Shown here: piece by piece, positions 39,741-51,261 of the stretch
Layout of the letters: each line of letters opens with the position of its first letter
How positions within the stretch are numbered: position 1 is the first letter of the stretch
Assembly: GCA_965644295.1 (NCBI GenBank)
Contig: CBFFRP010000284.1
Location: forward strand, 62,001-126,000
Length of the DNA: 64,000 nt
Reading direction: 5' to 3'
Source of the DNA: Paraphysomonas bandaiensis
Taxonomy: Eukaryota; Protista; Chrysophyceae
Translations under genes and position numbers: made by a program
The notes under the pieces: generated by a model
Seen by the model: only the letters and a program-made list of their open reading frames with translations
Told to the model about the DNA's origin: nothing
The model's database searches: none

Positions 39741-42700
39741 TCACAACTCCATGGCTAAAAGAGCTTCCACTGTTTCATTGGCTACCACTTGACATTCCTC
39801 ACGTAGTGTTCCGATGCATTTGACGTCGACAGAGACAGTCTTACCTGTCGAAGATGCCTTTAGCATAGTGCATATGATGCTCTGTGCCCCACCCCTGTTC
39901 CCCCCAGCAATAGAGGCAGTAGTCATTGCCTTTCCTTCCTCGTACTCTACTTCATGCCCCCGTAGCATTGCTAATATTGCTCTAAACGCCTTTTTGGGTT
40001 TACTAAAAGAGTATTTTAGTTTAGCATGTGCCTCGCCAAGCACTCGCCCATCCATGGTAGAGGGGAATATAATATCATGAAAAGCTGCGGGCGCAATTGG
40101 ATAGGGGTCGAAGAAAGTACACACAGGTATTGGCAAGTTTACGGATATCGGTGCCAAGGTTTCAGGGCCTAAAAGAGACTCCACCGTCACTTGTAGGTGG
40201 CACAGCATATGAGTAGTGCGTGTTCGCAACACTCCGGGGGCAACCTCGACTTCGACACTCCCTTGCGATTCGTTACCAGGGGCCACGCTTCTCACTACAG
40301 GGCTGTGATCTTCCCCATTGGCTCCAGCTAGACGGAAGCATGTGGCCGACTGCGGTGCCACCCCCATGGAAAGAGAGATGCCAAATTCATGGGAGGGGTG
40401 ATTTATTACACGGTACGTAACTGATAGCACACTATTACCAGCAGAGTACTCCAGTACGTAGAATACATCGAATCTACTAACTTCTGAGTGCAGGGGCAAC
40501 CACATCTTGCTTTTGGACTTCTTCATCTTTTGTGCAGGGGATGCGGCTTTTGCTGCGGAACATTCATTTTTATCTACACCAATGTCCGCACATGTCTCCA
40601 AATCAAGCCCAATAAGATCTCGTACCACGAGATTCCCTTCCTTTTTCCTTTCTTTCGATTTACTTCTACTTTTCTTTTTTCCTGCCTTTTGTCTTTTCCT
40701 CTCCTCATCGGAAGGAATCACGCCTGCCTCAATACCACCACCACGACGGTCCGATGGCTGCTGTGTAGAACCTGTTGCCTCTCTGTGCCGATGGACAGGG
40801 AGTGTCTCGTCCGCTCTGAGGGGCGTAGTGATATCAATGTTCTCTAGCCCCTGCAGAATGGACAGAAGCAGAGAATAAACGTGACATCAGATAGATACAT
40901 CTATTCACAAACCTCGTTTTCATCATCTAAATCCGCTCCATTGTCTGTAACTGAAGCCTTCTTCCCCTTACCTTTCACGGTGCGAAATATTCCCTTCTCG
41001 TCTTCACTGGAAAATCCGTCCTCTGCACCTATTGGAAGTATATCCTGGCGGTCAACACGCTTGCTATTTTTCTTGGAAGACTTTGATCCCTCTTTTCTCT
41101 TTTTCTTCTTCCTTCGACGGGTCTCCGAGTCCATTGTGGGAAATGGGGCACACAATTCTCGACGCTCGTCGTCGCCCTGGTGCCGCAGATAGAAAGTGCT
41201 GTCTCTTGCATCCACATCCCTCTCATCCGATTCATCGAACACAGACCTTCCACCATTGTTGCTCCCAAAGTCATGTACACCTTCCCCAGCATTAGACGAG
41301 TCGAAGTATTGCCCCTGAGTCCGCTCTTTATGACGATCCCTCTCCTGAAACGAGCTTTCAATGCTTCGAGACATATGCTCATCCTCCTCGCGTAGTTGTG
41401 TGGCGCTTCCTCCCTCTCTCCCACTCGAGTGAGAGTTACTGCTCGAAATGAATGACAGAGTGCTAAGCGACGGCTCCTTTTCTCCACTTCCATTTCCGGT
41501 ATTGAGTACCTCAGTTAGAGCCTTAGAATTAAACGCGCATTCCAGGTCTAGGTCTTCAGGTACTGGAACCTTCCGTTGGGCTTTAGGGTGTACTCCAAAG
41601 AACTGCTCGTTAGTTATAGCACTCAACATCCCGAGCACTGACCCTTGTGCCCTCGTCGCACCAGCCCTATCTCCCGGCAACACCTGTACTCCTTCACCCA
41701 CCCCATCTACACCCCGCTCACCTTCCACTGGGAAGGACAACAAATCTCCTTGCTTACTCCCGTCCTCATCGCAATGATCAGAATGCTCTTCACCGATGGA
41801 TAGAATTCCCATTTCTGCTAATAGATGTCTTAGAGTAGAAGCTCGCTCCTGTACCTCCAAATGGACACTCTGATATAATATACATGAGGTTGTGACTTGT
41901 TCATACTAAGCATTTTACGGCGAGTATACCTGCAAAAATACCGGGAGTCGAATGCGCATGAGAGCTACAATCTGCGCCAAGTGCTCCGTGTCGCACTGTT
42001 TGTCACATGCACGGATGAACACTTTCATGGCAGCGTGAAGAAAACAACTTTGGACAGGGGGTGGAAGATTGGTGGCCCGTGGATGCAGCAAACTATCTAC
42101 AGTCATAACCAGCAGTGGCTTTTTCCGCCACCGTGACCGGATCTCATCCCCGTCAGGTCCCTCAATCCAGTACCCTTCGTCGTCATCTTCTTCCTCATCC
42201 TCATCCTCATCTGAGGACTTTAAGTCCAGCATGATGCAGGTCAGCACGTCAGAATACTCTCCACATATCCACGCAGCCGCCATAAGAACCTATCTTTCGT
42301 CAGCCATTGAGCGCATAATATTTATAAACATACCTCCGCAACAGTGTCCTTTGCCTGCCCGAGGATTAACTCCCCACCATCTAAAAGCATAGTCACCATG
42401 CACTCCACCGCATACGGGCGCACACTCTTCACCCGAAGACAAATATCCATGAGGTGTTCTGCTACTTTCTTGCCATGGTGAGGCCTCTCATGTACCCCCC
42501 CAACCCCTCCCGCAGCCCCGCTCTGCATACATGCCAGTCGTTGCAACACGGAGACGTACCACACAAAATCAGTCACGAGAGCATACCGGTCCTGTCCAGT
42601 CATATATAGAATCTTAGCAATAATCTCATCGCGGTATGCCCCTTCAGCTAACCTCACGTGCTTGAGGAGGTGGTGAACAAGGTCGACAAGAGTTTTCTTT

Positions 42701-43864
42701 GTGACAATTCCAACCAAGAGCTCCAGGGCTTTGGTTCGGATTGTAACATCATCGTCAGCGAGACACATAAGCACAAGCTCCCTTTGCTCCACTACTACTC
42801 TTGGATGGCTTGCCATCAACTGTTTGAGTCCCACTAAGCCAAGGTACTTAAGATTCTGGTCCTCATCCTCTACTAACTCATGCAACTGCTGCGCACAGAG
42901 CGCGAGAACAGCTGGTACATTCCTAGCGTCGGATCCGTCTTCTCGTCTGGTAAAGGGCAGGGCGAGAGTAATGGTATGAATGCATTCATACTGCAGGCTC
43001 TTAGCTGAGTTGTTCTGAATAATAGTCGCCAGTGGCTCCAGGAGTTTTCGAGCGAGTCTGGGTTCCTCGCAAACTAGTGAGCCCATGAGCTTTACCACTT
43101 TGATGAGCATCCAATTGTTGGAGGACGTCGTCAATAACTTAAAGAACTTTGGAGCCATTGCCAAATAGTTTCGTGGATTTTTACGAGCCAGTTCACAAAT
43201 AACGTTAACTGCACATGAGACAACGGAGCTATCCGGGTCATCCAGCTTCTCCTTGAGACTATCAAAGGTCAGACGCAGACCCTGCGGGTACTTCACATAG
43301 AGTTTGTACATGCATGTAACCGCTTTTTTCCGGATGTATGGTCGACTGTGACTCATGAGGGCAACGACGTCTGACATACAGTCGCGAGCAAGGTCTTTAT
43401 TTGCAATGTTTGATAAACAGTTAATGGCTAATCCTATTTCATAGTGGCTTCTAGATGACTGAGCTGCGAATTCTTTTTTGAAGAGGTTGGTCGTAAGAAG
43501 AATGACATCAGTTGACTCCGAAAAAGACTACACACATAGATATTATTCAGATAACAAACAACATTATCAATACCTGATTAGCAGCTAGGTAGCCAATGCG
43601 CTTGTGATCGAAACGTGGCTGAGACATAACTTCGACAATGGAAAAGGACGCCCATGACACGTTATACCCCATAGAGTGCAGATAAGTCAGCTTACGAACA
43701 GCTTCTGCCTTAATAAAAGGGTCCGTAGACTGCAGTTCTGCTTTTATTTCAGCGATGGACTGTGATATGAAGGAAGACGGGTCTCTCTTCTGGCTGCGGA
43801 TTCCTTTCACTATGTCCTGAAGATTCTTTTGGAACATAGCCAATGCTGCTGAATTACCGGACAT
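39741..43864 (-). CDS. AP3D1: AP-3 complex subunit delta (delta-adaptin), 5 exons
   Basis: 'MFQKNLQDIVKGIR', 'WASFSIVEVMS', 'KRIGYLAANQ', 'LLTTSSNNWMLIKVVKL', 'DQNLKYLGL', 'EVQERA', 'HPKAQRKVPVPEDLDL'. Confidence 0.96.
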
Positions 43865-45404
43865 TATGAGGACACCCGCACACTTGATTTACTACAGTTA
43901 ATTATCTACTCAGCCTCTGCTTCATGGAGGCGATTTATATATGTGCTAATAGTGTGGAGTGAGAGCGCTGCAGTGACCTCATCTAATAAGAGTGTTGTCA
44001 TAGTGGGCACTGCCACACAAAGACTTCCAGATGCGACTATTGGATGTCGCATACCATACATACCATACTACTCCTGGTACTGCTGCTCTGTATACTATAC
44101 ATTGTATACCGTATACACGCACAATACCCTCATTCAGTCGAAAAATATCCTTATTTCTGGAATATATAGAGCATAAAACCAGGATTTTGTTTTTCATTTG
44201 AGGCTGCGGATGTGATGTACATGTATAGGACACGTATGCATGATCAAAGATGGATTGCTTTACTTATGGTGTGTTGGTATATTTCGAGTAGCGTTAGCTA
44301 TCTTCTGAGAATTTCATCGACGATCAAACTCGTGATAAGCAAGATACGCTCCACGTGATGTCAGTGTCCATTCTTCTTTACCGTCCTCCAACAAATATAC
44401 TCTGGCTTATACTCTCAATCTAATTGAATCAATTAGAAAGTTTCTCTGGCGTAGATGCTACCTGCCCTATAATAAAACTTGGACTCAAACCTATACGCGA
44501 GTTTGTAGGTATAAGTGCCGGAGAGACTCCCTTTGTGAAAGTCACATGAGCCGCTGTTTGTAGGCAGCACGACCTTGTTTTTACGGGTTCTATTTCCTAC
44601 TACTCACAGCCAAATGTATATGTGGTGCAAGGAGCATTGGCATGCATTTTCTGTGTAAACATGAAAAATAAACAGGGGTCCATGCTATGGTCAACTCGAT
44701 GTTTTGGGCTGTCTGCAGAAGTTAAGTATCCGGGATTAGTTCACCATGATGACTCGAAAATCAGTTGATTTTAAAATTAAAAAATTCTGTTGCTCATTAC
44801 ATCTGCATTGAGTAATTGATGTTAATGTAAGTTCACTACATTCAATATTTGTGTGGGACATTCAATATTTGTGTGGGCAATGACTGATGAAATGGGTGGA
44901 ATAGCAACTGCCAACAGCGACGTGGTTACACGTGCTTTCGCATATCACACACTACGGCCTAGTCTTGTTTACTGTTATGCTCTACCACTGTTATTTAAGC
45001 ACTGTCAGATACATTTGTGCTTTATTTTTTTTTCTTGGTTAGCAAGTGTTTTCATTTTTATGGCTGAAAGAGCGCGGTTTCCAATTGCATTATATCACTA
45101 AATACTTAATACTGCTTCAGCGTAGTAGGCTGGTAACTACATAACTACTTTACGCTGGACACACTTCAACTGTGTATTCTAAAGGAAGCCTTTAGTTGGC
45201 AATATAACACAAGCCGCAATAATCATAGCTAGTGCTTGTGTGGTAAAACAATAGGGTATTTGTCAGCTGTCTACTTTTCGGGTGTAGTGAAAGTCTGATT
45301 ATTAGCAATAGGCGTGTAAGAGTCAGAACTAATATACTAAACAAATTTAACTAACTAGTGTTTATCACTAATATCCTACTATTTGGCGCTACAAAAGCTG
45401 CTTG

Positions 45405-45697
45405 TAACAGAAGTTGACATTATTTGCTAAGGTTTACTATTCTCAACTGATAAGATGAAATTATAAACATTACATGATAAAGAACCTAAGTTGTGTTCGA
45501 TGTGTTCAACACCATTCATTTACTACTATAGTGTACAAACCACCCACTCAGTGATCGTATCCTGTATAGTCATCCACTTCTACTTCAGTTTCATACTACA
45601 TAATATAATGTACTAATTACATATATATCTTTCGATCCTTGCATCTCACATAATACTGCACTCAATTGCAAGTATATAGAATCTTCAGATCTCAACA
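45405..45697 (-). repeat. 3' LTR (sense TGTTGAG...CTGTTA)
   Basis: Identical by eye to 50406-50698. Confidence 0.95.
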
Positions 45698-45708
45698 CTC
45701 CCCCTCAA
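45698..45708 (-). other. Polypurine tract
   Basis: Sense TTGAGGGGGAG immediately before the 3' LTR. Confidence 0.9.
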
Positions 45709-45822
45709 TTGAGTGTTGTACTTATGACGCCTCCCAGCTATTGAATGCCTGAGATAAAAAAATTCTTGACAGTAAAATAGACTCATCTCTAAGTCTAAAC
45801 CTCTGTCTAAAAAACTCAGTAC

Positions 45823-48800
45823 CTACTTGCGCCTTCTTTTATCCCTTGGTCCCTCATTAATCACTTCAGTGGAACTCTTAACTTTCTCTCCAAGATTTCT
45901 CTTTCTCTGCTCCATATATGATAAACCAACCAATGACTTTGTATAAATATCTGCTGCTTGTTGCGATGTATGCACATGCACTAACTTAATCGTATTGAAC
46001 TGATTGGGATCCACGTGCTCTCTCACCATGTGATACTTAATCTCAATGTGCTTCGACTTCTTGTGAAACACTGGGTTTTCGGCCAAATCCTGGGCACTCT
46101 GACTGTCGATGAAGAATGGTGTGGGTTTGATGAGCCTCAACTTAATCTCACCCGTCACCCCCCGAACCCATAGCACTTCTTGGAGACCCGAGTAAATACA
46201 CTGATACTCAGACTGCATGCTTGACGTTGCCACTGTCGTCTGCAGTTTGGACTGCCAGACTATAGGCCCTCCCGCTGCAAACCCAACGTACCCCGACGTG
46301 GACTTCCTGGAGAGCTGATCTCCCGCCCAATCCGCGTCAGTAAACATATGGAAGTCGAACCGTCTACTCCCATATTGAATCCCTTTGTCAATAGAACCAC
46401 GAATATATTGCCATACATGTGTTAATAGCTTGCATACTTCAATATTCACCTTATTACTGAACCGAGACAGTACTCCCACTGCATAGGCAATATCCGGCCT
46501 CGTGTTCATCGATAGATATAGTAATGCACCTATCAGCGGCCGATATGGGAAGTTATCTACTATAAGCTGTTCCTCCTCGGTATGCTCATGCCGCGCCCCT
46601 TTTGCCACTAAATCCATTGCTTCCGCCGGTAGAGGACTCTTCCGTACCTTTCGCGGTGACCCAAGATACTTTTCAAACTTTTCTAAGATCTTAGCCGCAT
46701 ATACTGATTGGTCAAGACGAATATACTCTGGCGTTCTTGTGACTCGAACATTCAGAAAATGTTCCATCTCGCCCATATCCTTCATATCAAACCGGGCACA
46801 CAGTTGAGCTTTAATATCCTTCACTATGTTGACATCACGACCTAACACTAGGATATCATCCACATATATCGTTAATAATATCAATTCATCGCCCTTATAC
46901 TGATAATACAAACACGGGTCTAATACACATGGTTTAAAATGCATAGATCGTATGAATTTATCCAATGTTTTCCACCACGACCGCGGGGAACTCCGAAGCC
47001 CGTATAACGACTTCTTCAGCTTAAAGCAGTACCCCTCAGGCAGCTGAAAGTCCGGAGTTGCCTTCATATATACGTCCCCCTCTATATCTGCATATAGAAA
47101 TGCGTTAGACACATCCAGTTGATGAATTACCATGTTCATCACGAAAGCTATGGCGATTAACAGTCGCACTGTTACCCCCTTAACAACGGGTGCGAAATGG
47201 TTCGCCCAACCACTCGACTGCTGTCCACAACCGATTGCTACAAGACGAGCCTTATATCGGCGGACCTCTCCCTCCTTATCGTACTTCTTTCCATAGACGT
47301 ACTTGGAGTGCAGTGGGACGACTCCGTCCGGTATACGAGTCACCTCCATGGTATCTCGCTTCGCCAAACCCTCTCGCTCTACACGGCGAGCTCGTCTCCA
47401 CTCCCTGTGCTCGGCACTCTCCAAGGACTCACGATGTGTCTGAGGCACTGTCGACTCTTCCGCTGACATCCACACTGAGTCTGCCTCCTGTAAAAGGTCA
47501 CTCACATCACTCTCATCACTCAAATGATGGATTTGTCCTAACACCGACACATTCGTTACCGTCCTTGGAGTTCTTGCGCGTTTGCCGTGCGGATGATTCT
47601 CGGCAGGGGTCCCTTCCCCCGAAGGTAATGCTGAGTCAGCCTGGGGCTGCACCTGCCCACTTTCCGACTGCTGTGGCACCACTCCGCTGATACCGCCGTC
47701 ACGGTTGTCAGTAACTCTGGCCCTAACCACCCTCTGCGCAAGATCCTCTGTCATCTTCTTGATGTCAGCAATATGAATAGGAGTTTTATCCTCCACTTGA
47801 ACCTGGTTACCAGTAACCAACGACCGGTATCCCACAATAAGTCCCTTCCTTATCACCACTCTGTTAGTCTTGTATAGCAGACCACCATCCTCATGGTGCT
47901 TTCCGATAAGATACTCAAACTCACCCGGTTGACGAGCCTCGGGATCTATAGCCACTTGAGCCTCCTCCAGCTCTCTATAATAATCCTGAGACCTCTCAGG
48001 TACCGATTCATCAAATAATACATGTACAGAGTGTACTACGGTGTCCCCCACTAGCACCTTGTATCCTTTTCGATCAGCTGGATACCCTATGAAATAACCT
48101 GTCATTGCTTTGTCCTCCCAGTCCTTCCTCCTGTCGGCCTTGGGTGTTAGCACATATGCTTTGCACCCCCATTTCCGTAGCCACGATAGGCTGGGAACGC
48201 TCCCCCCTGGGACACACTCATATGGAGACATCCATCCTTGCCACGTCCGAGTTGGCATTCGTCGCACAATGTAACATGCAGTTTGATAAGCATCAAACCA
48301 GAACGACTTTGGAAGTCCAGATGCCGTCAACATCGTCAGTGTCATCTCCCCAATTGTTCGGAATTTCCTCTCAGACACCGCGTTGAGCTCTGGCGTGTCT
48401 CGTGTTGTATGTGACACCCGAGTCCCATATCGCTGCAACAGATACTCTCTTATCTGCTGACTAATAAGTTCGGATCCTCCATCGGCATGATACTCCACTA
48501 TACGGTTCCACCCCTCGTACTTCACTAAGTGGACCTCGCACAAGTGTCGTAGACATTTGAACACCTCCTCTCCGCTTCGAGTCCTCAATCCATATTCCCA
48601 TATCATCTTTGTTGCTAAGTCCGTAAATAGGAGCACGTACTTATACCCTTGTCTGGATTCACAATTGAGATAGACGGAGATGTCCGCTGTTACTCTTTCC
48701 AGGAACCTGACTGCGCTTAGCTCTTCGTTGTCCCGTGATTTGAACGAATGCCTGGTTATCTTCGCCTTGGCACACCATTTACACAGGGGTTTCTTGCAAC

Positions 48801-50421
48801 TCTTCTCCTTTGCCTTCGAAAGGTGATGTCGTTGTAGTCCTGATCCTCTGAATAACATGTGTCGGTGAGCTTCTATTAACTTCGATTTCGAGACATGTCC
48901 AGTACGCTCATGTAAGCGATCCAACGCATCTTGTCCTGTATTATCCGACAAATTTACCTCCTCCATCTGATTGCACATAGACACATTTGGCAGATTTAAC
49001 ACCTCCATCAAGTCCACATACGGCATTCCTCCATGCTCATCGTACTCTCCAGTCAACACCTCGTTTCCAGAGTCCAATTCCACGATTTTAGGCTTTCGAA
49101 GCAGTTGTAATCCGTATCCCATTGATCTCAGCATTCCTCCTGACACAATGTTCTTCACCGCTTCTTCACTAACTCTGATGTCTCTCCATTCCCCGAATGT
49201 ACCAGTTCCCTGTGTCTCCAATTGAGAACCCTTTCTAGTTAGTTGGATTGCCCCAAACTCAGGAGTAAATGACTCCAGTGCAATTTTATCCTTTACTATA
49301 AACAGTCTTTTACTTGCACAACTGTCCAGATATACACGAGGTTCTTCCGACGTATCCACCGATAGCAAAACCTCTTCTCCAAACATATTCGCTTCATCAT
49401 CCGACGACTCTCCGTCGTTGACGTATTTCTTCCATTCTGTCTCGAATTTCCTGTTCGATTTTCGAGGATTCTCATTATCCGGGTTTTTTATGTTCTTCCG
49501 TTTTTTCGACTTGCACTGTCGGGCTTTATGACTAAAATCTCCACAGATATGACAACCAGTATAATCCTTTGATCCTGGCTGCTGCACACTCTTCGAAGCC
49601 TTTTCCTTTGTCTTCCCTTTTCTTTTGAACTTATCCATTTTTCTTTGTCGTTCCTTAGCATAACAATTCGCTGCTACATGTCCCTTCTTCCGACAAAATG
49701 AACAAACCACTGGCTCCTTCGACGCCGTAAAATTGATCTCTTCAGATTTGTCTCCCTTTAGTTTCTTCAGCTGCGTCATAGCCTCGTCATACTCTTCACA
49801 AGCCTCTTTCACCGAATCAAATGTAGTTGTTGCTTTAGGCATCATCGCTACCGACATCCATAAATCATGTAATTCCTCTATCTGCAGCGCTGCTTTTATC
49901 TTTGCTAATTTACTTGCCTCTGTCTGCGGTTGTCCCAATTTTATGAGCTTCTGGATTATACCGTTCAGTCGATCTACCCCAACAGACACCTTTTCCCCCG
50001 GCCTTATTTTGAACGAATGGTATTCTGCCGTAGTCTTCTCCAATACAGTCCCAATCTCGCCTCTGAACCTATCAACCAGTGTCTGAAGGAGCTCACTGGA
50101 TAACACCTCCTTAGCAGGATCATCAGCAGGTAAAATTGCCTTCCCCTCCAAATATTGATTGGCTACCTCCAACACATCAGGGTCATGCTCGCAAGCCTCC
50201 CAAATAGTACTAACACAGGTATCATTACGCTCTCTCCATGACTCTAAATTCCTTCCTCCGGCTGGCGGGTCCTCCAAGCCAAGATGGTTTCGGTTTTTCT
50301 TCATTAGATGCATCTTGATTTTTCTCGCTGAATAGTCTGCTTGGTTCTTGTCAAACCGTAGCTTCTTGTCATCTTCCCCATCCCTACAACTAGCATTCGC
50401 TACCATAACAGAAGTTGACAT
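45823..50421 (-). CDS. Copia Gag-Pol polyprotein (1532 aa)
   Basis: Two CCHC knuckles, protease LDSCAS, HHCC plus DDE integrase, RKGY, RT QLDV...IYVDD, RNase H DADWAG...KHIEIKYH; order PR-IN-RT-RH. Confidence 0.98.
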   Translation of the reverse strand: MSTSVMVANASCRDGEDDKKLRFDKNQADYSARKIKMHLMKKNRNHLGLEDPPAGGRNLESWRERNDTCVSTIWEACEHDPDVLEVANQYLEGKAILPADDPAKEVLSSELLQTLVDRFRGEIGTVLEKTTAEYHSFKIRPGEKVSVGVDRLNGIIQKLIKLGQPQTEASKLAKIKAALQIEELHDLWMSVAMMPKATTTFDSVKEACEEYDEAMTQLKKLKGDKSEEINFTASKEPVVCSFCRKKGHVAANCYAKERQRKMDKFKRKGKTKEKASKSVQQPGSKDYTGCHICGDFSHKARQCKSKKRKNIKNPDNENPRKSNRKFETEWKKYVNDGESSDDEANMFGEEVLLSVDTSEEPRVYLDSCASKRLFIVKDKIALESFTPEFGAIQLTRKGSQLETQGTGTFGEWRDIRVSEEAVKNIVSGGMLRSMGYGLQLLRKPKIVELDSGNEVLTGEYDEHGGMPYVDLMEVLNLPNVSMCNQMEEVNLSDNTGQDALDRLHERTGHVSKSKLIEAHRHMLFRGSGLQRHHLSKAKEKSCKKPLCKWCAKAKITRHSFKSRDNEELSAVRFLERVTADISVYLNCESRQGYKYVLLFTDLATKMIWEYGLRTRSGEEVFKCLRHLCEVHLVKYEGWNRIVEYHADGGSELISQQIREYLLQRYGTRVSHTTRDTPELNAVSERKFRTIGEMTLTMLTASGLPKSFWFDAYQTACYIVRRMPTRTWQGWMSPYECVPGGSVPSLSWLRKWGCKAYVLTPKADRRKDWEDKAMTGYFIGYPADRKGYKVLVGDTVVHSVHVLFDESVPERSQDYYRELEEAQVAIDPEARQPGEFEYLIGKHHEDGGLLYKTNRVVIRKGLIVGYRSLVTGNQVQVEDKTPIHIADIKKMTEDLAQRVVRARVTDNRDGGISGVVPQQSESGQVQPQADSALPSGEGTPAENHPHGKRARTPRTVTNVSVLGQIHHLSDESDVSDLLQEADSVWMSAEESTVPQTHRESLESAEHREWRRARRVEREGLAKRDTMEVTRIPDGVVPLHSKYVYGKKYDKEGEVRRYKARLVAIGCGQQSSGWANHFAPVVKGVTVRLLIAIAFVMNMVIHQLDVSNAFLYADIEGDVYMKATPDFQLPEGYCFKLKKSLYGLRSSPRSWWKTLDKFIRSMHFKPCVLDPCLYYQYKGDELILLTIYVDDILVLGRDVNIVKDIKAQLCARFDMKDMGEMEHFLNVRVTRTPEYIRLDQSVYAAKILEKFEKYLGSPRKVRKSPLPAEAMDLVAKGARHEHTEEEQLIVDNFPYRPLIGALLYLSMNTRPDIAYAVGVLSRFSNKVNIEVCKLLTHVWQYIRGSIDKGIQYGSRRFDFHMFTDADWAGDQLSRKSTSGYVGFAAGGPIVWQSKLQTTVATSSMQSEYQCIYSGLQEVLWVRGVTGEIKLRLIKPTPFFIDSQSAQDLAENPVFHKKSKHIEIKYHMVREHVDPNQFNTIKLVHVHTSQQAADIYTKSLVGLSYMEQRKRNLGEKVKSSTEVINEGPRDKRRRK
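50394..50405 (-). other. Primer-binding site (probably initiator tRNA-Met)
   Basis: Sense TGGTAGCGAATG directly after the 5' LTR; complementary to a ...GCUACCA tRNA end, implying an A1:U72 pair. Confidence 0.75.
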
Positions 50422-50698
50422 TATTTGCTAAGGTTTACTATTCTCAACTGATAAGATGAAATTATAAACATTACATGATAAAGAACCTAAGTTGTGTTCG
50501 ATGTGTTCAACACCATTCATTTACTACTATAGTGTACAAACCACCCACTCAGTGATCGTATCCTGTATAGTCATCCACTTCTACTTCAGTTTCATACTAC
50601 ATAATATAATGTACTAATTACATATATATCTTTCGATCCTTGCATCTCACATAATACTGCACTCAATTGCAAGTATATAGAATCTTCAGATCTCAACA
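50406..50698 (-). repeat. 5' LTR (contains the gag ATG at 50421)
   Basis: Identical to the 3' LTR. Confidence 0.95.
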
Positions 50699-50956
50699 GC
50701 TTGTGCGTCACCGCAAGCACCAAGGTGCTATCACTTTCGCTTTATGTCCTCGAGGTGAACTAGCCCGGATGCTTGACTTTAGTATTAGGCAGCCCAATAC
50801 CCTGGTAACCCTAGAGGTGGGGCCATTTCCGGATGCATGTTTATTCGTCAAGGCCCAATGACGTCTACACAAGTGACACTTGTATATTAGTGTCCCGTGT
50901 ACCACACAAGCATTTGGCTGTGAGTGGGCAGAACAATATCTTCTGACTATATATGC

Positions 50957-51044
50957 GACTCACGTTACTTTCCTGAAAAAATCTCTCCGGTACTTACCCC
51001 TCGAAACACCACGAAAAGGTGTAAGTCCGACTTTGTTGAGGGAC
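50957..51044 (-). ncRNA. HDV-ribozyme-like nested double pseudoknot at the 5' end of copy G
   Basis: P1 GTCCCTC/GAGGGGT, P2 GACTTAC/GTGAGTC, P3 ACC/GGT, L3 TTTTCGT, P1.1 TT/AA, P4 hairpin; no catalytic C in J4/2. Confidence 0.45.
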
Positions 51045-51261
51045 TTTCGGGTGGCTTACCGGGAAAACGTTAATCCTAAGAGCTGAAACTATCTAGATCT
51101 AGGTCTATTACCATTAAACTTCATATATATTTATTTAACGTTCTTCGTAGCAGTGTAGCACATACAAGGAAGAATAGAATCGATATATTGCTATTACCTA
51201 ACACACCTACTGTTACTGTTTCTACTAACCCTCCATGAACATCATACATTTATTATCTACA

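Larger units (their letters stand above)
45405..50698 (-). mobile_element. Intact Ty1/copia LTR retrotransposon
   Basis: Identical 293-bp LTRs at 45405-45697 and 50406-50698; 5-bp TSD GCTTG (45400-45404, 50699-50703); PBS, PPT and a single gag-pol ORF. Confidence 0.98.
45285..51044 (-). mobile_element. Family E copy G (~460-bp short subfamily) interrupted by the copia insertion
   Basis: 3' end at 45288; sequence resumes at 50704; TSD TTTCGGGTG at 45276-45284 and 51045-51053 (or ACTTTTCGGGTG with a 1-T slip); homologous to 61079-61393 in reverse orientation. Confidence 0.8.

Noticed and set aside
44838-44877. 20-bp tandem duplication containing ACATTCAATAT (like the E 3' end)
   Set aside because: Simple slippage explains it; too short to assign
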